A stretch of 64,000 nucleotides of DNA from an uncultured Spirochaetota bacterium (GCA_963783575.1 CAWAOD010000005.1:32001-96000), one strand, 5' to 3'; positions 30,302-40,977 are shown, counted from the stretch's first letter. Notes: a model not told the origin generated them from the sequence alone. A program made the numbers and translations.

Positions 30302-31615
30302 ATGGCACATATTTTAGTTATTCCAATCATACTTTTCCTTTTAATCCTGAGCAAAAAAGTTCTTAAAATATTTTATATACCTTCATTGATATCAATGGTA
30401 ATTCTGGGTATTTTATTTGGGCCTGCGGGATATAATTTTATTGAAAGTTTTATGAACTTTATCGGGCAGCCGGAAAAATTTCAATTAATTAATAATTCGA
30501 TCGAATCGTTTAGTTTGTTAGGAATGGTTTATTTAATGGTTCAGGCGGGCCTGGAATCCGATTTGCGTTTTTTTAAGCCCGTAAAACGTGAAATTATTAT
30601 TTTGACAATTTTAACGGTAATTTTGCCTTTATTGGGAGTGATTGCCGTATCTCTGAAATTCAACCTGAAGATAGCGGAAGCCGTACTCCTTGCCGCGGTT
30701 TTTATTTCACGATCAATCGGCGCTGTTATGGATGAAAGCGGTTTTAACAAAGTGAACAATGCAAAACTATGGGCAATTCTTACAGGGACTACCGAAATTA
30801 CAAATTTTGTATGCATGGTTTTGCTTATAGCCGCTTTACAGCTTCAGCAAATTGAAGGGAGTTCATTACTGGTTAATAATATTTCAATAATCAGAAAATT
30901 GTATTTATTGAATAATAAAATGTTAATAATGATTGTTTTTTTATTAATCGTATTGGTGTATTTATATTTATGCCTGATATTAATACCAGGAGTATTAAAG
31001 AATATTTTTGCAAGACTCAATAAGATTCGAATAAATTCTATTATGATAATTATAATAATTTTATTGTTTTTTTGTTTTACATCCGAGTTGATAGGTATAA
31101 ATTTATTGATCGGAGCTTATATCGCGGGATTATTTTTGTCTCAAACAGGTTTGGCTTTTTCTCCCGGCGAGGGAAAAAATATTTTCACAAGACTTGGTTA
31201 TTGGATTTTTCTGCCGTTCATTTTTTTCTATATCGGCTCAGGTACTCAATTCCAGTATTTTTTGCAATTGAATAATCTATTTTTCTTTTTACTGATATTT
31301 ACCGGAATGGTTATAACAAAATTTATTGCCGGTTTTCCGGTTTTTAAATTCTCAAACTTCAATGGCATTAAAAGTCTGTATGGAGGTATTGCGGGTGTGT
31401 CACATCTAGCTTTTACACTTATTATCGCCCAGATCGGCAAGGAAGCAGGTATTATCAATACGGAAATATTTACCTCGATTGTGACGGTGTGTATTATTAC
31501 AAGCATTTTTGTGCCTGTAATTTTAAAAATGATAATGCAGAGAAATCCGAAAATTATTAAAAGTCTTGATTCTGTTAATTTTGATAAAAGCATATTCGAA
31601 AAAAATATAATATAA
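30302..31615 (+). CDS. Cation:proton antiporter (CPA2-like)
   Basis: ILGILFGP, AGLESD, GAYIAGL; about 12 TM segments. Confidence 0.85.
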   Translation: MAHILVIPIILFLLILSKKVLKIFYIPSLISMVILGILFGPAGYNFIESFMNFIGQPEKFQLINNSIESFSLLGMVYLMVQAGLESDLRFFKPVKREIIILTILTVILPLLGVIAVSLKFNLKIAEAVLLAAVFISRSIGAVMDESGFNKVNNAKLWAILTGTTEITNFVCMVLLIAALQLQQIEGSSLLVNNISIIRKLYLLNNKMLIMIVFLLIVLVYLYLCLILIPGVLKNIFARLNKIRINSIMIIIIILLFFCFTSELIGINLLIGAYIAGLFLSQTGLAFSPGEGKNIFTRLGYWIFLPFIFFYIGSGTQFQYFLQLNNLFFFLLIFTGMVITKFIAGFPVFKFSNFNGIKSLYGGIAGVSHLAFTLIIAQIGKEAGIINTEIFTSIVTVCIITSIFVPVILKMIMQRNPKIIKSLDSVNFDKSIFEKNII

Positions 31616-31625
31616 GGAAATTCCA

Positions 31626-32414
31626 ATGAATGTTTTGAAGATCATTTCGATGAAGGGAAAAGAAAAAATAACAATGCTTACAGCCTATGATTATCTTACT
31701 GCAAAAATCCTTGAAGAAGCGGGGATAGACATTATTCTGGTCGGAGATTCCCTTGGAAACGTAATAATGGGTTATGATAACACGATCCCTGTCACCGTTG
31801 AAGATGTTATTCACCATACAAAGGCGGTGAGGCAGGGTGCAAAGCAAAGCATGATCATTGCCGATATGCCGTTTTTAAGCTACGGCGTTTCAATTGAGGA
31901 TAGCGTTTATCAGGCCGGAAGAATAATGAAGGAAACCGGCGCGAACGCCGTAAAACTTGAGGGCGGCGTGGAATTTGAAGAAATTGTCCATGCAATGGTA
32001 AAAATCGGTATTCCTGTGATGGGCCACATCGGTCTCAAGCCTCAATCCGTTAATAAAACCGGCTTTAAAATCGCCGGAAAAACGGATAAGGAAATTGAAA
32101 ATCTTATAAAAGACGCCCAATCGATAGAGAAAGCCGGTGGATTTTCGATAATTATCGAGGAAACAACGGAAGAAGCGGCCAAAGCCGTTACGGAAAGCGT
32201 ATCAATACCGACGGTTGGAATAGGGGCCGGGAAATATACAGACGGGCAGGTACTTGTAATTACCGATATGCTCGGTTTGAATAAGGATTTTAAATCGAAA
32301 CACACAAAAGTTTATGCAAACCTGAACAGGATTATTAAAAAGGCTGTTAAAACATACCAGGGAGAAGTTAAGGGCGGGAGCTTCCCGGAGGAAGAGCAGA
32401 GTTTTCACAAGTAA
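31626..32414 (+). CDS. panB: 3-methyl-2-oxobutanoate hydroxymethyltransferase
   Basis: MLTAYD, ILVGDSLG, VKLEGG, GHIGLKPQ, GIGAG. Confidence 0.97.
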   Translation: MNVLKIISMKGKEKITMLTAYDYLTAKILEEAGIDIILVGDSLGNVIMGYDNTIPVTVEDVIHHTKAVRQGAKQSMIIADMPFLSYGVSIEDSVYQAGRIMKETGANAVKLEGGVEFEEIVHAMVKIGIPVMGHIGLKPQSVNKTGFKIAGKTDKEIENLIKDAQSIEKAGGFSIIIEETTEEAAKAVTESVSIPTVGIGAGKYTDGQVLVITDMLGLNKDFKSKHTKVYANLNRIIKKAVKTYQGEVKGGSFPEEEQSFHK

Positions 32415-32505
32415 TCCCTTTTGTAAAAGGGAGAAAACGCTTACTTACTTTCTTTAAGAAAAATACCGCCCGAGAGGGCGGGTTATTGACGGGAGGTAAC
32501 ACTCT

Positions 32506-32716
32506 GCGCAATCGTTGCGCTGCCGAACTAGCGTTCGGCGTAACATAAAAAATTTGAAAAATCTCATGGGACATCCTTGTCCCCCTTTCTGGCTTCCATG
32601 GAAAGTCCACTATTTATTAGACATAGTAACAATAGGCACAAGGATGTGCCATGAGAGCTTAATTTTTATTAATCAGACAATGGCGAACACTAGTTCGCCA
32701 AACGACACGATGTTGT
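32506..32716. repeat. Three-hairpin composite repeat, copies B (32506-32583, +) and C (32635-32716, -) as an inverted pair
   Basis: Same hairpin order and TCATGG motif as copy A, with compensatory stem changes. Confidence 0.8.
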
Positions 32717-33095
32717 ACGGGCACGCGCGAATCCTATCGCGCTCGCAAAAGTGACTTTCTTTCTCCGCTGTGCTTTCCCGTGAATCTTGTAAGGAAGAAC
32801 AGCCGGACTTATTACAAACTATTCCTTATTAATTACAAATCAAATCTTTTATTATAATCATTCTATAGGTAAAAGGCCGGCTGTTAAGAGGATTTTTATT
32901 TAACCCTCCTAAGGCATCTTGTACTTACTGAAATTTCATTTGTTAAATTTGAAATGACAATCATACTGTGGGGGGATGGCTAGCAAGATTGTGGAAAATT
33001 GATATTTAAAAACTGGTCTTGACAGTTTGAGGTGATCACGTTAAGATATATCTTATAATTTATATTTAGATTATACGAAAAAGATAAATAATAGG

Positions 33096-34938
33096 ATGAT
33101 ATTTATGTTTGACATAAATAACTTCAAAACAAAAAAACAATACTCCAAAAGATATGAAAAACGGCTTGAAAAATTAGATTTTAATACAGCTTGTATAGAA
33201 GAAGCTGTCATAGGTGCTGTTACAAATCTTAATAATGCTGTAAAATCATTCATAATATATGGTGAGCCTCAAAGTGGAAAAACGGAAATGATGATTGCTT
33301 TGACTGCAAAATTGCTCGACTTAGGTCACAAAATTGTTATAATTTTGTTGAATGACAATGTTGGATTACTTGAACAAAATCTTCGTCGCTTTGCAAAATC
33401 AGAACTTGATCCTGATCCAAAAAATTTTAAAGAAATATTGGATGATATTATGGAAATAAATGATTATGAATGGATTATTTTTTGTAAGAAAAATGCATCG
33501 GACTTGACCAAACTTATACGTAAATTAGAGGGACACAGTAATAGAGTTATTATAGATGACGAGGCTGATTATGCAAGTCCTAATAGTAAAATTAATCAAA
33601 ATGAAAAAACAAAAATAAACGATCTTGTTGGCCAACTATTGCTTGATGGGATTTATATAGGTGTAACAGCCACTCCAGCCAGATTAGATTTAAATAATAC
33701 ATTTGAAAATGCTAATGATCGATGGGTTCATTTTCCTCCACATTCAAATTATACAGGACAAGATGTATTTTTCCCTTTAGACCTTCAACAACCTAAATAT
33801 AAGTTAAATATCTTACCTCCTGATTATGATGATCCAAAACATTTACGTGAAGCATTGTTTCGGTTTATGATTAATGTAGCTTATTTAAACTTATATGTGA
33901 ATAAGCAAAATGATAACTTTTCTATGCTAATTCATACCAGTGGGCGTAAAAATGATCATTTGAAAGATCAAAATGCTATTTTATCAATATGGAATATTCT
34001 GAAAGATCAAAACCAATTTGAAAAATATGTTAAACAAATATGGGAAATAGCAAAAAAACAATATGATGAGATAAAAGCTGATGAGACGGTAAAATTTATT
34101 ATAGAAAATAGAAATAAAAACAAAGTACTTGTAATAAATAGTGAAAAAGACAAAGATAATCTTGAAAAAACTACAAATCCAATCGCTCTTTTTACAATAG
34201 GAATAGGTGGGAATATTGTTTCTAGAGGAGTAACATTTAATAATTTGCTTTCAATGTATTTTACAAGAGATGTCAAATCAAAGATTCAGCAAGATACTTA
34301 TATACAAAAGAGCCCGAATGTTTGGTAACCGCGGCAAATATTTATCATTTTTTGAATTATCAATTCCGGAACAATTATATCTTGATTGGCAAAAATGTTT
34401 TGCTTTTCATAAGTTGGCTTTAGATTCCGTAAAAAATGGGAATCCTCCAGTATGGCTTGAAGATAACCGGGTTAAAGCAACAGCTTCATCAAGTATAGCT
34501 AAAACAACCATCGAAATGAATAGCGGAGAAATGAGTTTTGAAGTATTTAATTATAAATCAGAGATTAATCAAATAATTAACCAATCTATAAAACCAATCG
34601 AAAAATTATATAGATTACAGTCTTTACTTGGAATGAATGTACTTCCTAACCATTTAATAAATTTTATAACTAATTTCAGCCCTGATGGTTCAGATTCACT
34701 TGCTATTCATGAAAGTACGGATATATCCAACCGTAAAGATGACACAAATAAAGTGAGTATCTATCGTGCTAAAGGATTGATAGGTACTAATGAAAGGGAG
34801 GAAAAGAAATATCCACATGCAATTCACCACATAAAAATTTTTTATAATAAAGATAATTTAAATGCTCGAGTTTTTTACAGGTTTAACGGTAGTATCAAAT
34901 TCTTGAAAAACACGAGGAAAAATGCTCAAACAAAGTGA
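33096..34938 (+). CDS. SF2 helicase-like Z1-domain protein (about 613 aa once the frameshift at ~34306 is corrected)
   Basis: GEPQSGKT, IIDDEAD, TATP, SRGVTF..L...YF.R; QDTYIQ|RARMFG is restored by removing one A. Confidence 0.8.
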
Positions 34939-35368
34939 TTTTTTTCATGGAGTTTTACTATCAAAACTCCTGGACCATACTGAATTGAACGTAAAAAAAC
35001 ATGATTATTTTTCTGCTTATATTATTAATAACAAGTCATTTTATATTAAATATTCTACAAGCAGAATATCACCCTGGACTTTTTCCTTTTCTGAAAGCCA
35101 TATTGCTGAGCTAGTAAATCTTTCAGAACAGTATGAGCAGATATATGTTGTGTTAATATGTAATGAAGATGGTATTTGTTGCTTAAATTTCATTGAATTT
35201 AAAACAGCTATAGCAATTGAAAATATGAATTTTCCTAAGTGGATAAAGGCTATACGGCAAAAAGGTGAAAAGTACTCAATTACGGGGTCTGACGGTAAAT
35301 TATTACACAAAATTGGTGACAGTTGCTTACAACAATCCATACTGAATAATGGAGAAAATAATGAATGA
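34922..35368 (+). CDS. Hypothetical 148-aa protein, possibly a degenerate restriction-endonuclease fold
   Basis: Overlaps both neighbours; YIKYST...W.FSF...E pattern. Confidence 0.55.
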   Translation: MLKQSDFFHGVLLSKLLDHTELNVKKHDYFSAYIINNKSFYIKYSTSRISPWTFSFSESHIAELVNLSEQYEQIYVVLICNEDGICCLNFIEFKTAIAIENMNFPKWIKAIRQKGEKYSITGSDGKLLHKIGDSCLQQSILNNGENNE

Positions 35369-36623
35369 AATCACTAATCTATATAAAACTAATTTTGAAT
35401 CAATAAAAGCTGATGGATTTTGGAATATTGGAGCTGGAAAAGAACAAAAGATGCATCACATTCATACTTACCCAGCAAAATTTCCAGCATTTATCACATC
35501 AAAAGCGCTTTATTTTGCGCAGCAAAATAATATTAATGTAGCAAGAATAGCAGATGTATTTTGCGGGTGTGGGACAGTAGCTTATGAATCAAAACGAAAC
35601 AATATTCCTTTTTGGGGGTGTGATATAAACCCTGTTGCTACATTAGTTGCTAAAACAAAAAGCTGTAATTATAAACAACGATATTTAAATAATTATTATC
35701 AATCTATACTTAAGGAGTTTAATTCCGTTGTGCAAACTAACATTGAATACGATGTTGATGAACGATTAGGTTATTGGTATGATAATAACAATTATAAAGA
35801 GCTTTTAGTTTTAAAAAATGCCATCGAAAACAATATTCCACTTGGCAGTAGTTATAGATTTTTTTTTCTTTGCGCATTTTCAAATATTCTAAAAGCAACC
35901 TCACGCTGGTTAACAAAATCGATAAAGCCTCAAATTGATCCAAATAAAAAGCCAGCAAATGTAATTTCTGCGTTTCAAGAACAATGTAAATTTATGATGG
36001 CTGCATATATTGAAAATAGCTGTATAAAAAATGTAAAAACTGAAATAGTAACTGGTAGTTTCCTTAAAGAATCTATTAAACCACCAATTGTTGATATGAT
36101 TATTACAAGCCCTCCTTATGTAACATCATATGAATATGCGGATTTACATCAATTATCAACTTTATGGCTTGGATATTCAAATGATTATAGAAAATTTAGA
36201 GAAGGTTCTATTGGAAGCCTTTACCATATTTATGATTTTGATAAAGAATTAGATCAATTAAATTTAACTGGGAAAAAAATTGTTTCCGAATTACTTAATA
36301 AGCAAAAATCTAAAGCACGTTCTGTAGCAAAATACTTCTTAGATATGCAATCTGTTACAAAAAAATGCTATAATATGATCTCAATAGGTGGTATTGCAAT
36401 TTTTGTGATTGGGAATACTGAATATAAGGGAGTAAGAATTAATAATGTAAAACATCTTGCAGAGTCACTGAAAAATAGTGGTTTTAATAGACTTTTTGTT
36501 ACAAAAAGAAAAGTCCGGCAAAAGATACTTACACCATATCGCAATCTATTAGGGCGTTTTTCTACCGATAGTACAAATAGAAAAGTTTATAGCGAAGAAT
36601 TTATTTTAATTGGAATCAAATAA
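35349..36623 (+). CDS. Amino-DNA methyltransferase, probably N4-cytosine
   Basis: HTYPAKFP, DVFCGCGT (motif I), ITSPPY (motif IV). Confidence 0.9.
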   Translation: MEKIMNEITNLYKTNFESIKADGFWNIGAGKEQKMHHIHTYPAKFPAFITSKALYFAQQNNINVARIADVFCGCGTVAYESKRNNIPFWGCDINPVATLVAKTKSCNYKQRYLNNYYQSILKEFNSVVQTNIEYDVDERLGYWYDNNNYKELLVLKNAIENNIPLGSSYRFFFLCAFSNILKATSRWLTKSIKPQIDPNKKPANVISAFQEQCKFMMAAYIENSCIKNVKTEIVTGSFLKESIKPPIVDMIITSPPYVTSYEYADLHQLSTLWLGYSNDYRKFREGSIGSLYHIYDFDKELDQLNLTGKKIVSELLNKQKSKARSVAKYFLDMQSVTKKCYNMISIGGIAIFVIGNTEYKGVRINNVKHLAESLKNSGFNRLFVTKRKVRQKILTPYRNLLGRFSTDSTNRKVYSEEFILIGIK

Positions 36624-36994
36624 TACTTGTAATTTTAAATGCCTTGTAACTTTTTATTTTCTGTACGACTCGATATAAAGTCAGTTGTTATTCCTGTTTG
36701 ACATGATCTGAACAAGCTAGAGGGTTTCATACAGGGATGTATGAAACCAAGGAATCAGTTTGAGCCTGTCGTATTATAGGCGTCAGCCTGTATCGAAGTA
36801 ACCATAAACAAGACGCTACTCAGTAACCGAAAAAGCCTTTATGCCGTATCTTTTTCGCGAGAGCCGGTAAATCAGTGTATCTTCCTTCGATTAAAGCTAT
36901 TTTCTTCTTTTTGCTATTCCCGGTTTGGATTCTAAAAGGACCTTATTTCCTCTCAAAGAATCTAACTTCTCACAAAAAGAGCCGGTTCCGGTTC

Positions 36995-37170
36995 TTTGTG
37001 AGGGAACTTTTCTTCCCGGAGTGGAAATATTCCCTCTGTGAAAGGAAATATTTAATCTCAAAGCAGGAATGTTCCCGCTAAAAGAGGGAACATTCCTTTT
37101 CCCGAAGGTAATTTTTCTTCCCGGAACACCAATGTTCCCCTTGAGAGAGGAAATATTGCTTCTTTAAGAA
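36995..37170. repeat. Degenerate 21-nt periodic tandem repeat
   Basis: Units such as GGAAATATTCCC, GGAATGTTCCC and GGAACATTCC recur at about 21-nt intervals. Confidence 0.7.
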
Positions 37171-37254
37171 CCAAGAATTGACCATGTTAAACATCCGCTA
37201 CTCAGTGACCGCAGCCTTCTTAATCGCCCCCCGTCTATGATAAAAGTAAAGAGT

Positions 37255-38325
37255 TTAAGCGGCTTTTTTTAAGAAATTATTGTACTCACACATTTTGCTT
37301 TCATAACACTTCTTATCAATGTAGTAAAACAACTCTTTCTTTTTAAGCATATGATAAATAGCTACCATGACTTTTCTTGCTAATGCAACCCTGACTTTGC
37401 CTTTTGACTTACCTTTACTTTTCTTTTCATAAAAATAATTAAATTTCTTACAATCCCGAAAGTGTTGAATGCTCTGGATTAATAACTCCATCGTTAAACG
37501 TCTTGACTTCTTATTAAGCTTTCCGATTTTCGTCATTTTATTCGAGGAATCCACTTTTGGAGCCGATCTCAGATAAGAACAAAAGTCTTTTACACTGTTA
37601 AAACGGTTAATATCAGCCACATCCGACATTATTCCTATCGCGGTAAATGGACTAATGCCTTTTATACTCATTAGTAATTTTATTTCCTCTTTGAATATCT
37701 TGCCTTTTACCAAGATCTCTTTCTTTATTTCATTAGCACTGTTAATCATTTCTTCCATCTGCTTGTACAATAGATTTATCTCAAATTTTACAGTTTCGCT
37801 TAAATCAAGCTGAAGAATTTGTTCTTTTGTACCTTTAACATTCAGGCTTTCCCGTTCCTGTTTGTAACCGTTCTGCTTTAATAATGAATGAATCCTGTTT
37901 TTCATTCTGACAATATCCGTCTTAAAAAGCTTATATGTTGTAAATAGCCCGCGGATTTCCCTTACTTCCAAATTAGGTATATAAATGGTATGTAAAGGTT
38001 CTCCGGTAATTACACTATATTTAAGCATTCTTACAATACTGATAGCGTCCCTCTTATTTGTCTTGACCATTGAGTTTGAAACCAATTGGAATTTACCGGG
38101 ATTGATTACATAACATTCTGCGATAAGAGGTTTAACCTGGTCATAAAACCAGAATGTGTTTGTTGATGCTTCTACTGCAATGTAATCATCTTTTGTTAAC
38201 CGGTTTAAAAACTTTTCAAAATACTTTGGCTCAAGGCTCGATCTGAATATCCTCGGTTCAGTTTCATTATCCCCAAGAATCGCAACCTTCAGATTATCCG
38301 AATGCAAATCAACTCCGTAATACAT
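37255..38325 (-). CDS. IS110-family transposase/recombinase
   Basis: GVDLH, AVEAS, KTNKRDA (DEDD-type), SIKGISP, RF...FCSY...P...SS, VALARK. Confidence 0.93.
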   Translation of the reverse strand: MYYGVDLHSDNLKVAILGDNETEPRIFRSSLEPKYFEKFLNRLTKDDYIAVEASTNTFWFYDQVKPLIAECYVINPGKFQLVSNSMVKTNKRDAISIVRMLKYSVITGEPLHTIYIPNLEVREIRGLFTTYKLFKTDIVRMKNRIHSLLKQNGYKQERESLNVKGTKEQILQLDLSETVKFEINLLYKQMEEMINSANEIKKEILVKGKIFKEEIKLLMSIKGISPFTAIGIMSDVADINRFNSVKDFCSYLRSAPKVDSSNKMTKIGKLNKKSRRLTMELLIQSIQHFRDCKKFNYFYEKKSKGKSKGKVRVALARKVMVAIYHMLKKKELFYYIDKKCYESKMCEYNNFLKKAA

Positions 38326-38580
38326 TTGACACTCTCCTTCTTATGTTTTAGAATACTTAAGAAGAAATATAAAAAAGTCACCTTGACGGGCTGAGTAATG
38401 GCAGCCATCCGTCTATTCGGGTTCAGGAGCTTTGCTCCGGTCCCATAATGTTGGTAAGGAAGAAGGCTGGACTATTCGCAGCTTCGGGCTTTATTCGGTA
38501 TTCTCAAAAAGAATCCCGTTATATCCCAGGGGAGCAGCCAGCCTTCTTCTGCCTTTTTATACCCATCTTGAGTATATCCG
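38326..38580 (-). ncRNA. Putative bridge RNA of the IS110 element
   Basis: Own promoter TTGACA(38614-38609)-17 nt-TAAACT(38591-38586); 12-bp stem 38459-38470/38538-38549; loop segments match the donor junction and target. Confidence 0.7.
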
Positions 38581-38936
38581 GGCAGAGTTTAATACCATCT
38601 CCCTCACCTGTCAAAATTTCTTTTTTTATTTCCTCATTTTATCATAACATCGCAGCATGAACGCCATTTCTGATTGAGCTTTTATCAAACTTTAATAGAA
38701 CTTAGTATTACAATTGTTGTTATTCCCCTTTAATGATCAATCGATCTGTTCGTATTTCGCAGCCAGGACGGCTGCGACCCGAACGCAGCAGGACTGCAGA
38801 GTGAGGCTCTTTAATAATGAGAAAATCTTTAATAAAACCTGGAATAACAACACCTCAGGACTTAAAGACTGCTTTTCATGAAATGGCGTTAATGCGTAGG
38901 GGCGATTCTTTCTTGGCACACCTTCTTTCTGATCGC

Positions 38937-40664
38937 TTGTCTGTCGAAAAACCTTTAAAAAAGATAAAGCGATTCTTTTACATTCGTATATCAAAATTAA
39001 ATTTTTGAATAGCCGAAAATTAGTCTCTTATACAATTTTCTTTGCTTAAATTACATCATTATACTCCTGTATTCTTTTACTATCATCCTCATATGCTCAA
39101 CCTTTTGTAGGCTATTGCCTGTAAATACTTGTTCAAATTATGAGCTATGGAATTCCAAAGCCAGTCCATTCCTACTTTATCTTTTCCTCGATAAAATGTC
39201 TGGGAAAAATCTTTCTGTGTTTTTAGATTAGCAAAATTATGTTCTTTTCCAATTCTCTTGCAGTATATCTTTTGTCCTTTATCGTTTCTCAATTTGTTCA
39301 GATAACAGTCTACTTCTTTCCTGTTTTCTAACTCAAACAAATTGAAATTCACAGTCTTTTGGTTTCTTTTTGAGTTTATTTTCGCATAACATTCCTGATA
39401 AATTTTGCACCCCTTACATTGTGATCGGTTATAGAAAAAGTGGATTTTCCCTCTTTTATCATCCCTATATCCTTTTGTAATTATTCCGCCGCCGCATTTT
39501 AACAGGTAATTACCGCTACCTTCTTCTTTTATAATCTCAAAATTCTTCCTCTTTTGCACCTCTTTCCCAAAATCTTTTTCCTTTACATCAATATAACAAT
39601 CCAATCCTTTTTCTTCCATTTCCAGTATGTCAGGCATATTCTGAAATCCTGAGTCCAGTAAATATTTACTTCCCTTATCTACTCCCAATTTAGATTTCAA
39701 TTCTTCAACTTTTGTGATCATCGGTTTTGCGCTATACTTCTCATGAAGTTTTTCATTTTCACAACTTAATATGATATCATTATTACTGATCATCATTCGA
39801 ATATTATACCCCTGTATGAACCCGCTCTTATCTGAACCCTGGGTCAATGAGCTGTCCGGGACTGTCAGATTATAATGATCTTCACCCATAATAGTTGTAT
39901 CTCCGTCTTTCAATGTTTCATTTTCTAGCATCCCTTTATAAGTTTCCACCTGTTTGATCACACTGTTATATATCTTTTTTTGACGTTCGATCCTTTTCTT
40001 TTCCGCCTCATATTTCTCCGGTTCTAACTCCCCGCGATTGAGTTTCTCATCAGTATCCAAACCCCTCTGAATAATTTTTGATGCCATTTTACGGTAGGTC
40101 TTCAAAGTCTTTTCCGCTTTCTCCCTGTTCATTGTTTTGGATTTTGATGCATTTGCTTTTATTTTGGTCCCATCCCCAACAACTATATCCCAATCGATCT
40201 CTCCTATATTGTTCAATAAATACAATATTAAGGAAAAGAGTTTTTCAATTTCTTCACGGAACTGGATTTTGAAATTACAAAGTTTGGAGTGATCAATACT
40301 CAAACGGTTGGAAACATACATAAAACCTACATGACTTTTGAGAAGGTTTTCAACTTTTCTACTTGATCTAATCCCCATCAGATAACCGTATATGATCGCT
40401 GAGATAATATCTTGAGGATGTTTTCCTTTTCGCCCTGTTTTATCATTGAAATAATATTCATCGAAATTTTTCATGTCAATATATTTAGCCACAAATTCTT
40501 TGACCATGGTTTCCCGGCTGTCTTCTACATATTGATCATTGAAGTTGATTGTGATAAACTCGCCCTGCTCCAGATTTCCCCTCGTATATCTTGCCATAAA
40601 TATTAACCTCATTTTATTTTGCAACTAACTATTATAACATATTTTTGAGTTTTTCGACAGACAA
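38937..40664 (-). mobile_element. IS1182-family element, copy 1 (transposase 39089-40624)
   Basis: Perfect 16-bp IR TTGTCTGTCGAAAAAC; 4-bp TSD TCGC; GIRSSRKVE, GDGTKIKANAS, LLDSGF, EHNFANLK. Confidence 0.93.
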
Positions 40665-40696
40665 TCGCTCAGAAAGAAGGTGTGAAAGCAACATTA

Positions 40697-40777
40697 GGAG
40701 CAGGATGCTCCATGAAGATTTTTTCAATTACCACAATCCAATGCAGTACGATAGTACTGCTGGCGACACGATGTCGC
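40697..40777 (-). repeat. Three-hairpin composite repeat, copy D
   Basis: Minus strand GCGACA-TCG-TGTCGC, GCAGTAC-TATC-GTACTGC, TCAT-GGAGCA-TCC-TGCTCC. Confidence 0.8.
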
Positions 40778-40977
40778 ACGGCTTTACGGCAATAATACCT
40801 ATAATTTGACATCCCCATATTTTTAAATTAAATTATCAATACATAAAAGTTCTATCATTGTTATAAAAAATAATAATCAAGCTTATTCGAGACTCCATAA
40901 CATTTGTTAAAAGAGTAATTTTATGAAAAAGATTATAGAAATTCTGGTTTCATTAATTATCATATTTACTATAAAGA

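Larger units (their letters stand above)
37231..38650 (-). mobile_element. IS110-family element of about 1.42 kb
   Basis: Subterminal IR TATGATAAAA (37236-37245) / TTTTATCATA (38637-38646); transposase plus long upstream non-coding region. Confidence 0.8.

Noticed and set aside
36995..37170. CRISPR array (also considered for 3181-3340)
   Set aside because: Degenerate contiguous 21-nt units without conserved repeats and unique spacers; no cas genes in the window.
38432..39008. Small ORFs between the IS110 and IS1182 transposases
   Set aside because: They overlap the structured non-coding region and IS ends, with no RBS or motifs.
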